From Candidatus Eiseniibacteriota bacterium (GTDB taxonomy: Bacteria; Eisenbacteria; RBG-16-71-46): DNA of 50,185 nt. The notes beneath the pieces are model-generated. The model searched no databases. It was not told where the DNA came from and was given only the letters and a program-made list of their open reading frames with translations. Below, piece by piece: positions 7,414-16,029 of the stretch; position 1 is the first letter of the stretch; every line of letters begins with the position of its first letter. Made by a program: the position numbers and the translations under genes. The stretch is from assembly GCA_035275545.1 (NCBI GenBank), contig DATEMP010000086.1, forward strand, positions 1 through 50,185. Reading direction: 5' to 3'.

Positions 7414-10400
7414 TCAGGCCGTCGCCATCGGCGTCGTCGCGGGCTTCATCGGGCGCGCGAAGCGCAGGTAGAGGGTCGGCAGGATGAACAGGTTGAGCAG
7501 GGTCGAGGTGACGAGTCCGCCCATGATGACGACCGCCATGGGATGCTCGATCTCGTGCCCCGGGATGGTGCCCGCGACCAGCAGCGGCACCAGGGCCAGG
7601 CCCGTGCACAGCACGGTCATCATGATCGGCGAGATGCGCTCGCGCGCCCCGCGGATGACCAGGTTGAGCCCGAACGGCTCGCCTTCATGCCGCTCGAGAT
7701 GCTGATAGTGGTTGATGAGCATGATGCCGTTCCGCGCCGCGATGCCGAGCACGGTCAGGAAGCCGACGGTGGTTCCGAGCGAGATGACGCCGTCGCCGAG
7801 GAACGCCGCGAGCACACCGCCCACCAGTGCGGCCGGCAGGGCCAGGAAGCCCACCAGCGCGAGCCGCCAGTCCATGAACGACGCCTGCAGCAGCAGCAGC
7901 ACGCCGAGCACGGCGACCACGGTGAGAGTGCGCATCCGCTTCTGCGCCGCCTGCCGCTCCGCGTACTCGCCCAGCATCTCGGGGTGATAGCCCTTGGGGA
8001 ACTCGATGGCAGCGACCTTCTTCTCGACGTCACGCACCACCGAGCCGAGATCCCGCCCGCGCACGTTGGCCCGCACGTCGATCTTGCGCTTCATCTGCCA
8101 GCGCTCGACCGCGTTGGGCGTCGCCACGAGCTTCACGTCGGCCAGCTCCGAGAGGCGCATCTGGCCCCCCTCCGGCGTGTCGACCAGCATGTTCTGGATG
8201 TCCGAGACGCTGTTGCGGCACTCGGGGATGCTCCAGACGTTGACGTCGTAGGCCTTGCCGTCGCGGAAGATGTCGCCGACTTCCGTGCCGGTCACCATCG
8301 CCGCCGCGGTGCGCCGCACGTCGCCGGGCTTGATGCCGTACTTGTACGCCCGCTCGAGGTCGACCTTGACGTCGATCTGGGCGATCTCCTTGAGCGACTC
8401 GACCTTGAGATCGACCACCCCCGGCACGTCCTCCATCGCGTGCTTGAGGGAGTCCGCCTTGGCGCGGAGGACCTTCAAGTCGTCACCGAAGATGCGGATG
8501 GTGATCGCGGTGGGCGAGCCGGTGAGCACCTCGCGGATGCGCTCCTTGAGGTAGGTCTGCACGTCACGCACAAGGCCCGGATATCCGTCCACCGCCGACT
8601 GCACCGCCTTGAGCGTCTTGTCGTAGTCCACGCTCGGATCGATGCTGATCCAGTTCTCGCCGAAGTAGACGCCGTACACCTCGTCCATGATGAGCGCCTG
8701 GCCGATGTGGGAACCGGAGTTGCGGACGCCCGGGATCTTCATGATCTCGTCGCAGGCCGCGGCGGAGATGCGGAACTCCTCGGTGACCGACGTACCGGGC
8801 TCGGTCAGCCAGTGCATCAGGAAGTCGCGCTCCTTGAAATCCGGGAGCAGGGACTGTCCGAGACGGGGGAACACGATGGCACCGGCGAGCACGACCACCG
8901 CGACGGTGGCGTAGATCGCCTTGGGCCGCGGCACGATCGTGGAGAGCGCGCGGCTGTAGTGGTGCTGCAGCCACCGGACCACCGGGGAATCGTGCTCGCG
9001 CAGCGGCGCCTTGGACAGCAGGATGAGCGCCATGGCGGGCGTCACCGTGAGGGCCACGAACATCGACGCCAGGAGCGAGAGCGAATAGGAGACCGCCAGC
9101 GGCTGGAAGAAGGCGCCGGACAGGCCGCCGAGGAAGAACACCGGCAGCAGTGCCACGACGTCGATCAGGGTCGCGTAGACGATCGCCTGGCGGACCTCGA
9201 GCGACGAATCGAGGATCACCCGCGCGATCGACTTGGTGCCGCCCGTGCGCCGGTGCTCGCGCAACCGTCGCATGACGTTTTCGATGTCGATGATCGCGTC
9301 ATCGACCAGCGCCCCGAGCGCGATGACGAACCCCGCCAGGATCATGGTGTTGATGGTCGTGCCGGTCAGGTACAGCACCAGCATGGCCGCCATCAGCGAG
9401 AGCGGGATCGCGACGCAGGTGATGAGGGCGACCCGCCATTCCAGCAGGAACAGGGCGAGCACCATCACGACCAGCAGACACCCGAGCAGCAGCGACTTGC
9501 TCAGGTTGTGGATCGAGATCTCCACGAAGCTCGCCGGCCGGAAAATGGTCGGATCGATCGTGAGATTCGGAAGCCCGGGCTTGAGCGATGCCAGCGCATC
9601 GTCGACGCCCTTGGTCACCTGGAGCGTGTTCGCCCAGGGGAACTTCTCGACGATCAGCAGCAGCCCTTCTCCGCCGTTGATGACCCCGTCGCCGACCAGC
9701 GGCTGGTGGCCGGTGGTGAGGACCGCCACGTCCTTGAGCTGGAGCCTCTCCCCGCCGCGGCCGGTGATCGAAACCTCACCGAGTCCGTCCGGATCCACGA
9801 TCGACAGCTTGTTGCGGATGCCGATCTGCTGGTTGGGTGTGGCGATGAAGCCGCCGGTGCCGATCATGGCGCCGTCGGAGTGGGTCATGAGGCCCGCTTC
9901 CAGCGCGTCGGAGGTCGCGTCCATGACCTGCTCGACCGTCACGCCGTGCTGGCGCAACCGGGCAGGATCCACCTGCACCTGGGGCATCTTGATGCGCTCG
10001 CCCCAGATCGCGACGTTGGCGACCCCCTTCACCGCGAGCAGCCGGGGCCGGATGGTCCAGTAGGCGATCATCGACTGATCGACCATGGACACCGTCTTGG
10101 ACGACACGCCGATCTTCATGAAGCGGGCGGTCGCCGAGAGCGGCTGCAGCATGACCGGCGGGCCCACGTCCTTGGGGATCACGCCGATGACCAGCGCGAG
10201 ACCCTCCTGGACGTGCTGCCGCACCGCCATCGGGTCGGAGCCGCGCTTGAAGATCATCTTCACCGACGACAGGTCGGTGACCGACTTCGAGCGCAGGATG
10301 TCCAGGTCGGGCAGGCCGGCCAGCGCCTGTTCGAGCGGGATGGTGACCAGCGCTTCGACCTCGGTCGGGGAGAGACCCAGACACGGGGTCTGGATCTCCA

Positions 10401-10539
10401 CGATCGGCGGGGCGAATTCGGGGAACACATCCACCGGCATGTCCCGCATCTGGTCGGCGCCGACCAACATGAGCGCCCCCGCGATGGCGAGTACGATGAA
10501 CCGGTACTTGAGACTCGATCCTACGATCCAGCGAAACAT
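7414..10539 (-). CDS. RND efflux transporter permease (paralog 2, AcrB/CzcA superfamily)
   Basis: 1041-aa ORF with the N-terminus MFRWIVGSSLKYRFIVLAIAG..MPVDVFPEFAPPIVEIQT. The TM4 relay motif is LGALVDDAIIDIENV. It has a 12-TM-like layout with two large periplasmic loops. Confidence 0.95.
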   Translation of the reverse strand: MFRWIVGSSLKYRFIVLAIAGALMLVGADQMRDMPVDVFPEFAPPIVEIQTPCLGLSPTEVEALVTIPLEQALAGLPDLDILRSKSVTDLSSVKMIFKRGSDPMAVRQHVQEGLALVIGVIPKDVGPPVMLQPLSATARFMKIGVSSKTVSMVDQSMIAYWTIRPRLLAVKGVANVAIWGERIKMPQVQVDPARLRQHGVTVEQVMDATSDALEAGLMTHSDGAMIGTGGFIATPNQQIGIRNKLSIVDPDGLGEVSITGRGGERLQLKDVAVLTTGHQPLVGDGVINGGEGLLLIVEKFPWANTLQVTKGVDDALASLKPGLPNLTIDPTIFRPASFVEISIHNLSKSLLLGCLLVVMVLALFLLEWRVALITCVAIPLSLMAAMLVLYLTGTTINTMILAGFVIALGALVDDAIIDIENVMRRLREHRRTGGTKSIARVILDSSLEVRQAIVYATLIDVVALLPVFFLGGLSGAFFQPLAVSYSLSLLASMFVALTVTPAMALILLSKAPLREHDSPVVRWLQHHYSRALSTIVPRPKAIYATVAVVVLAGAIVFPRLGQSLLPDFKERDFLMHWLTEPGTSVTEEFRISAAACDEIMKIPGVRNSGSHIGQALIMDEVYGVYFGENWISIDPSVDYDKTLKAVQSAVDGYPGLVRDVQTYLKERIREVLTGSPTAITIRIFGDDLKVLRAKADSLKHAMEDVPGVVDLKVESLKEIAQIDVKVDLERAYKYGIKPGDVRRTAAAMVTGTEVGDIFRDGKAYDVNVWSIPECRNSVSDIQNMLVDTPEGGQMRLSELADVKLVATPNAVERWQMKRKIDVRANVRGRDLGSVVRDVEKKVAAIEFPKGYHPEMLGEYAERQAAQKRMRTLTVVAVLGVLLLLQASFMDWRLALVGFLALPAALVGGVLAAFLGDGVISLGTTVGFLTVLGIAARNGIMLINHYQHLERHEGEPFGLNLVIRGARERISPIMMTVLCTGLALVPLLVAGTIPGHEIEHPMAVVIMGGLVTSTLLNLFILPTLYLRFARPMKPATTPMATA

Positions 10540-10564
10540 GGAAAGTGACCTCCCGGGACGGCTG

Positions 10565-11011
10565 TTAGTGGCCGTACTTGTGTTCGGCGCCCATCAGCTC
10601 GGCGGCCCCGACGGTCACGACGGCGGTTCCCGCAGCAGGACCCTCCGCCAGGATCACCTGATCTCCCTGCACGTCCTCGACCACGATGCGATGACGCACG
10701 AACGTCAGCGGCGAGGGGTTCGTGAATGTCCAGGTCTCGCCCTTCGTGTCGTACATGATGGCGCCGTAAGGCACCACCTTGCGGGTCACGAGGTCCCCGC
10801 CCACGCGCACCTGCTCCTCGCGCACCTGGGCGGTGCGCAGGCCGATCCGCTCGGCGGCGCGGGCTTCCAGGATCACCCGGCTGATGCCCTTCTCCGCGGT
10901 GTCCTCGAGCTTGGCCGGGTGGTACTTCTCGGCCACCTTGTCTTCCTTGCAGCCGGTGAGGAGCGCGAGGCTCCCCACCAGGGCGATGACTGCGATGTGC
11001 GTGATCTTCAT
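10565..11011 (-). CDS. Small lipoprotein resembling only the N- and C-terminal segments of an RND membrane-fusion (adaptor) protein
   Basis: ORF 10565..11059. ATG 11011 is preceded by AGGAGGAG. Lipobox LALLTGC. An N-terminal segment ISRVILEARAAERIGLRTAQV is followed by VVPYGAIMYDTKGETWTFT..FVRHRIVVEDVQGDQVILAEGPAAGTAVVTVGAAEL. Both match the first and last conserved segments of HlyD/CusB-type adaptors. There is no room for lipoyl or alpha-hairpin domains (148 aa in total). Confidence 0.7.
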   Translation of the reverse strand: MKITHIAVIALVGSLALLTGCKEDKVAEKYHPAKLEDTAEKGISRVILEARAAERIGLRTAQVREEQVRVGGDLVTRKVVPYGAIMYDTKGETWTFTNPSPLTFVRHRIVVEDVQGDQVILAEGPAAGTAVVTVGAAELMGAEHKYGH

Positions 11012-11045
11012 GACGACTTCTCCTCCTAGGCGAATGTGAGTTCGG

Positions 11046-14000
11046 TCAGACGGCGACACCGAGGTCCTCGGTCTCTACCGCATCGGGCATGGCGCCGGCC
11101 CCGAATCGGGCGTAGAGCGCGGGAACGACGGACAGGGTGTAGAGCGTGGTGGTGACGAGACCGCCCATGATCACGATCGCCAGGGGACCCAGCACCTCGT
11201 GTCCGGCCCGCGATCCGAAGATCGCGAGGGGCAGCACAACAGCCGCGGTCACGGCGGCCGAGGCGATCGTGGTGGCCGCATGCTCGCGGGTGCCGCGGTG
11301 GATCATTTCAGAGCCGAACTCCAGCCCTTCCTGACGGCGCAGCTCGCGATAGCGATGGACCAGGAGCACCGCCTGGCGCACCGCCAGGCCGAGCACGGTC
11401 ATGAAGCCCGCCGTCGCCCCCAGGGACATGGGGACGCCGCTGGCCACCGCGGCCAGCACGCCGCCGGCCATCGCGATCGGAAGCGTGAGCAGCGTGGTGA
11501 AGGCGAGGCCCCAACTGCCGAACGCCGCCTGGAGGACGAACAGAATGCCGATTGCGACGAAGAACGCGGCGATCAGGACACGCATCCGGGTCGCTTCCTG
11601 CTTCGCGAAGTCGCCGAGCAGCTCCGCCCGGTACTCGAGCGGGAACGCGGCGCCCTTCAGACGGGCCTGCACGTCGGCAGCGATCGCGTCGACGCTCCGA
11701 CCGTTCACGTTCGCCACCACGTCCACGCTGCGGGCAACGTTTTCGCGACGGATGACGTTGGGGGCGGGGGTCATGGTGACCTTCGCCACGTCACCCAGCC
11801 GCACGTGGGCGCCGTTGGGCGTATCGACGAGCAGGTTCTGAATGGAGGAGATACTGTGGCGGATCTCCGGCTTGCCCCACACCACCACCTCGAAGATCTT
11901 CTGCTCCTCGAAGAGGTTGCCGACCTCGATGCCCGCGAGCAGCGTCGCCGCCGCACGCCGGACGTCGCCGGGCTTGAGGCCGGCCTTGGCGGCCTCGTCG
12001 AGCTTGACCTCGATCTCGACCACCGGCTCCTGCGCCTCGGCGTCGACCCGCGCGTCGGTGACTCCCGCGACCGCCTTCAGGAGGTCGCGAACCTTGTCGG
12101 CCTGCTGCGCGAGGACGCTCGCTTCCTGGCCGTAAAGCCGGACGACGATCGGCTCGTCGACGCGCGACAGCCGCTCGCCGAAGCGCGAGCTGAGGAAGGT
12201 CATGACGTCGGCGTCGACACCCGGGTAGCCGGAGACGATTTCCTCGACCGCCGAGACGGTGGCGTCGTAGCGGGCGTTCGGCTCGAGATTCACCCACATC
12301 TCGCTCGAGGCCATGCCGACGACCTGATCGGAGAGGATGGCGCGGCCCACGTGACTGCCCACGCTGCGCACACCGGGAACGGAACGGATCTCGCGGCCGA
12401 CCCGCTCGAGCATCCGGTTCATCTCGCCCCGCGACGTGCCGGGCACGGCGTCCCAGTGCACGAGGAGATCGGGCTCCTTGAACCGCGGCGCAGGGGAGAC
12501 TTGCATGCGGGGCGCCAGAACGATGCCGGCGACCGCGGCGATCACCGTGAACGCGAGCGCCGCCTTGCCGAAGCCGGGCGACGCGGAGTCGAACATGCGC
12601 TTGATCCACGCGGAGAGCGCGGAGTCGTGACGCACCAGCTCGGCCTTGCCGAAGAACATGATGCACAGGGCGGGCGTGAGGGTGCAGGCCGCCAGGAACG
12701 AGCTGAGGACCGCGGCGACGTACGCCATGGCCATCGGCCGCACGAACGCGCCCGGGATCCCGGCCATGAACAGGACCGGCACCGCGGCGAGCAGCGCGAC
12801 CGCGGTGGCGAACAGCAGGGGCCGCCGGACCTCGGCGAGCCCTTCGAGGAAGGTGCGGACCACGTTGGTGCCGGGGCCCTTGCGCAGGCGCCTCAGCACG
12901 CTGTCCGCGTAGACGATCGCGTCGTCGACCACGATCGCCAGGGCTGCCGCGAGGCCGGCGAGCACCATGACGTTCATGGAAACGCCGGACTTGTACATCA
13001 CCAGCACGGCGGTCATCAGCGCCACCGGGATCGTGATCAGGCCGACCAGCGCGGCGCGCCAGTCGTAGGTGAGGGCGAGCAGCATCACGACCAGAAGGAT
13101 GAGCCCGATGAGCAGCGCACCCTGCAGATTGCGGATCGAGGCGCGGATGTAGTTCGCGGGATGGTAGACGCTGGTGTCGAACTCGACCCCGCCGAGGCCG
13201 GGCTTGAGCGCCGTGAGCGCCTCGACGATGTGATCCGTGACCTCGAGCGTGTTGACGCCGGGAAGCTTCTCGACCACCAGCAGCAGGCCGGGGCCACCGC
13301 TGTTCATCGCGTCACCGATCAGCGGCTGGTGATCCTCGACCACGCTGGCCACCTCGCCGAGCGGAATCGAGGTGTCCTCGACCGGGACCTTGGCGAGATC
13401 CACGGCGGTGTTGATCGGCAGCACGTGGCGCACGCCGATCCGCTGGTTGGGGGTCTCGATGAACCCGCCGGTGCCGGCGACCGAAGCCTCGAGGAAGCTC
13501 AAGGGCGAGTACCAGAGCGCGTTGCCCGCGGTCCTCACCACCTGGACCAGCGAGATGTTCCGCGCCGCGATCTTCTGCGGATCCACCTGCACCTGGAGCT
13601 GCCGCTCGCGCTGGCCCCAGATCGCGACGTTGGCGACGCCCGGCACGCCCATGAGGCGCGGCCGGATCGTCCAGCGCGCGAGCACCGACATCTCGATCAG
13701 GGACTGGTTCTTCGACGACAGCCCGATGAGCATGATGCGGTTGGTTGCGGACAGCGGCTGCAGCATCTGCGGGGGCCGCGACACGTTGGGCAGCGCGTGC
13801 GCCTGCGTGAGGCGCTCCTGCACCACCTGGCGCGCGTTCATCGGGTCGGTGCCCGGCTCGAACACCAGCTCGATCGAGGACAGCCCGGGGACCGATTCCG
13901 AGCGCATGGTCTCGACCCAGGGCGTGCCGGTGAGGAGGTCGGCTTCGATCGGCACCGTGATGAGCTGCTCGACCTCGGCGGCGGAGAGACCCAGCGCCTC

Positions 14001-14153
14001 GGTCTGGACGTTGACGGTGACCGGCATGATCTCGGGGAACACGTCCACCGGCATGTCATCGAGCGAGTTGATGCCGATGGCCATGACGATGACCGCTGCC
14101 GCGATCACCAGCGGGCGGAAGCGGAGACTCCCCCGGACGATTGAGTTGATCAT
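11046..14153 (-). CDS. RND efflux transporter permease (paralog 1, AcrB/CzcA superfamily)
   Basis: ORF 11046..14363. The internal ATG at 14153 (MINSIVRGSLRFRPLVIAAAVIV..MPVDVFPEIMPVTVNVQT) is preceded by GGGAGGG and aligns with the N-terminus of paralog 2. The TM4 motif is LAIVVDDAIVYADSV. Confidence 0.95.
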   Translation of the reverse strand: MINSIVRGSLRFRPLVIAAAVIVMAIGINSLDDMPVDVFPEIMPVTVNVQTEALGLSAAEVEQLITVPIEADLLTGTPWVETMRSESVPGLSSIELVFEPGTDPMNARQVVQERLTQAHALPNVSRPPQMLQPLSATNRIMLIGLSSKNQSLIEMSVLARWTIRPRLMGVPGVANVAIWGQRERQLQVQVDPQKIAARNISLVQVVRTAGNALWYSPLSFLEASVAGTGGFIETPNQRIGVRHVLPINTAVDLAKVPVEDTSIPLGEVASVVEDHQPLIGDAMNSGGPGLLLVVEKLPGVNTLEVTDHIVEALTALKPGLGGVEFDTSVYHPANYIRASIRNLQGALLIGLILLVVMLLALTYDWRAALVGLITIPVALMTAVLVMYKSGVSMNVMVLAGLAAALAIVVDDAIVYADSVLRRLRKGPGTNVVRTFLEGLAEVRRPLLFATAVALLAAVPVLFMAGIPGAFVRPMAMAYVAAVLSSFLAACTLTPALCIMFFGKAELVRHDSALSAWIKRMFDSASPGFGKAALAFTVIAAVAGIVLAPRMQVSPAPRFKEPDLLVHWDAVPGTSRGEMNRMLERVGREIRSVPGVRSVGSHVGRAILSDQVVGMASSEMWVNLEPNARYDATVSAVEEIVSGYPGVDADVMTFLSSRFGERLSRVDEPIVVRLYGQEASVLAQQADKVRDLLKAVAGVTDARVDAEAQEPVVEIEVKLDEAAKAGLKPGDVRRAAATLLAGIEVGNLFEEQKIFEVVVWGKPEIRHSISSIQNLLVDTPNGAHVRLGDVAKVTMTPAPNVIRRENVARSVDVVANVNGRSVDAIAADVQARLKGAAFPLEYRAELLGDFAKQEATRMRVLIAAFFVAIGILFVLQAAFGSWGLAFTTLLTLPIAMAGGVLAAVASGVPMSLGATAGFMTVLGLAVRQAVLLVHRYRELRRQEGLEFGSEMIHRGTREHAATTIASAAVTAAVVLPLAIFGSRAGHEVLGPLAIVIMGGLVTTTLYTLSVVPALYARFGAGAMPDAVETEDLGVAV

Positions 14154-14212
14154 GTGTGAAGCCCTCCCGAAAAGCGCATGAAACGACTCCCTGATGTGGA
14201 AACGGACGCAGC

Positions 14213-14238
14213 GGAAAACGCCAGGCAGGCGCCTGGCG
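14213..14238 (-). terminator. Intrinsic-terminator-like hairpin inside the leader upstream of RND pump 1 (possible attenuator)
   Basis: The minus strand reads cgccaggc-gcct-gcctggcg followed by ttttcc. This is an 8-bp GC-rich stem with a 4-nt loop and a U-tract, about 60 nt upstream of the RND1 start codon. Confidence 0.5.
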
Positions 14239-14488
14239 CCGGGCACCACACGGACGGGAGGAATGCTCCGGCCCCGGTGGCGATGGGTGGGGTGTGCACG
14301 CCGAACACCCGGGCACCCGATGACAACACGAACTACCCCCAGCACGATCACGCGTCGATGCACGTGACCTTCGAAGGCCGGCCTTGGCGGTAGTCCCTCA
14401 GGCCGGGAGGCCTTCGGGGTTCCGGCGGCGATGAAAACGGGGTTGCGGCCCCGCCGCCGGTTGAAAAATGCAATGTGAACCGGGAAGA

Positions 14489-14543
14489 ATCGTACGGACT
14501 ACATCAGGATAGCGTCAAGAGAAAGTATCAAGATTGTCTCAAG
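14489..14543 (-). promoter_or_regulatory. Candidate sigma70-type promoter with three direct CTTGA repeats (possible OmpR-family regulator boxes) for the RND operon
   Basis: Locally AT-rich. The minus strand reads CTTGAgacaatCTTGAtactttctCTTGACG, then an 18-nt spacer, then TACGAT. TTGACG is the reverse complement of 14513-14518 and TACGAT of 14489-14494. The repeats are spaced 11 and 13 bp apart. Confidence 0.4.
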
Positions 14544-14680
14544 CAACCCGGCCGGAGTGTCGTGCGGTATGAAGGATGCGCGTGAATCGGCTGTGGAATG
14601 GTGGCTTGAGCGCGTGCGCATGTCTCGGGAGCCGAGACCCGTCGAACACATGCCCACCGGCGGGCGCCGGCGGGGTTCTG

Positions 14681-15304
14681 CTAGTGGAGGACCGACCGGA
14701 CCTGGGTCTTGGGGGTGACCTGGAATTCCATCCCCATGACCGAGACTACCCGCCGGCGCGTGTCCACGCGCTCGACCTTGCCCACCATCTCGACCCGGGT
14801 GCGCAGCTTGGGCTGCCGGGCGGCCTCGTCGCTTTCGTCGTCCACCTCGGCGGCCATGAGCGTGTGGCTGCTGAGGAAGGTGCCTTCCACGTCGACGTAG
14901 GATCCCGCCCGGAGGGACGTGAAGCCCTTGATGCTCTCCTCGGGGCTCTCGTAGATGGTCTTGTCCGAGACGGTGATGCGGCAATCCCCGATCGTGAACT
15001 CGCGGCGATCGGCGTGGACCGCGTTCACCGTGCCCTGGATCGACCAGTCGTCGTCCAGGAAATCGCCGGTGAGCAGCTTGAGCTCGCTGCAGGGCGTGGG
15101 GGAGGCGCCCTGCGGCGTGCCCACCACCTTGACCCACTGGCCCGCCTTGAAGGTGGCGAGTGGGTCGGGTGCGGCCGCCCGGGTCGACTGGGTGCGGCCG
15201 GCGGAGGGCACGGCCAGCGCCAGGATGGTGGCGAGACCCAGGATGATGCGTGCGCGACGATCGTTCACGGCCTCACCGTCATTTCGTCTCCCATGGAGAT
15301 GCAT
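14681..15304 (-). CDS. Secreted DUF5666-like protein
   Basis: This is the 3' part of ORF 14681..15475. ATG 15304 lies 5 nt after the regulator's stop. An alternative GTG at 15268 gives the cleaner signal peptide NDRRARIILGLATILALAVPSAG. The protein has repeated small beta-domain segments (VKVVG..., VDVEGTF..., VEMVGKVERVD...). Confidence 0.7.
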   Translation of the reverse strand: MHLHGRRNDGEAVNDRRARIILGLATILALAVPSAGRTQSTRAAAPDPLATFKAGQWVKVVGTPQGASPTPCSELKLLTGDFLDDDWSIQGTVNAVHADRREFTIGDCRITVSDKTIYESPEESIKGFTSLRAGSYVDVEGTFLSSHTLMAAEVDDESDEAARQPKLRTRVEMVGKVERVDTRRRVVSVMGMEFQVTPKTQVRSVLH

Positions 15305-15309
15305 GCGCT

Positions 15310-16029
15310 TCACGTGCCGTCCCCGCTGGTCTGGGGCTGCGGGTCGAACAGGTAGCCCGCGCCGCGCGCGGTGCGGATGTAGCGCGGCCGGTCGGGATCG
15401 GGCTCGATGTGCTTGCGGAGCCTCAGCACGTGATTGTCGACCGTGCGGGTGGTCAGGTTGTCGGCGTAGCCCCACGCCTCCTTCAGGAGACGCTCGCGCG
15501 TCAGCACCTCGCCGGGATGCTGGATCAGGTACTCGAGCAGCCGGAACTCGCGCCGGGTGAGGGAGTGGGCCTCGCGGCCCCGACGGACCTCGTGGCGGTC
15601 CAGGTCGACCAGAACGTCGCCGAGCCTGACCCGGCCCGGCAGCTCGGCGTCGGTGGGTGGAGCGGTCTCCGTGCGGCGCAGCTGGGCGCGGACGCGCGCC
15701 AGCAGCTCCCGGAGGCTGAACGGCTTGGTAACGTAGTCGTCGGCCCCCAGCTCGAGACCGAACACCCGGTCGTTCTCCTCCGCCCGCGACGTGAGCATGA
15801 TGACCGCGGTGCGCAGGTGCTGGTCACGGATGCGCTTGCAGATCTCGAACCCGCTCATTCCCGGCAGCATGAGGTCGAGCAGGATCAGGTCCGGGCGCCC
15901 CTCGAGCGCCAGGCGCAGGCCCTCCGGCCCGGACTGGGTGGAGCGGACCTCGTAGCCCTCGGACTCGAGCGCGGTGGTGAGCCCGGTGAGCATCGCCGCA
16001 TCGTCCTCGATGATGAGCACCTGTTTCAT
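15310..16029 (-). CDS. OmpR/PhoB-family response regulator
   Basis: Receiver domain (LIIEDD, DLILLDLMLPGMSG, ADDYVTKPF) plus a winged-helix output domain (LTRREFRLLEYL, TVDNHVLRLRKHI, IRTARGAGY). Its ATG overlaps the kinase stop as ATGA. Confidence 0.95.
   Translation of the reverse strand: MKQVLIIEDDAAMLTGLTTALESEGYEVRSTQSGPEGLRLALEGRPDLILLDLMLPGMSGFEICKRIRDQHLRTAVIMLTSRAEENDRVFGLELGADDYVTKPFSLRELLARVRAQLRRTETAPPTDAELPGRVRLGDVLVDLDRHEVRRGREAHSLTRREFRLLEYLIQHPGEVLTRERLLKEAWGYADNLTTRTVDNHVLRLRKHIEPDPDRPRYIRTARGAGYLFDPQPQTSGDGT

Noticed and set aside
6358-10548. 1396-aa ORF on the plus strand spanning the porin and RND2 loci
   Set aside because: It is antisense to two genes with unmistakable family motifs. 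Its translation is a low-complexity R/G/A/H/D/E-rich string with no domains, which is a typical shadow ORF of high-GC DNA.
11199-14144. 981-aa plus-strand ORF antisense to RND1
   Set aside because: It is a shadow ORF. Its composition is dominated by R, G, D, E and H, and the opposite strand encodes a complete RND permease.
14154-14363. In-frame 70-codon N-terminal extension of RND1 (GTG at 14363)
   Set aside because: The extension (MHRRVIVLGVVRVVIGCPGVRRAHPTHRHRGRS...) has no counterpart in paralog 2 or in typical RND N-termini. The ATG at 14153 has a GGGAGGG RBS and aligns with the family N-terminus. The open frame is most likely chance in GC-rich DNA.
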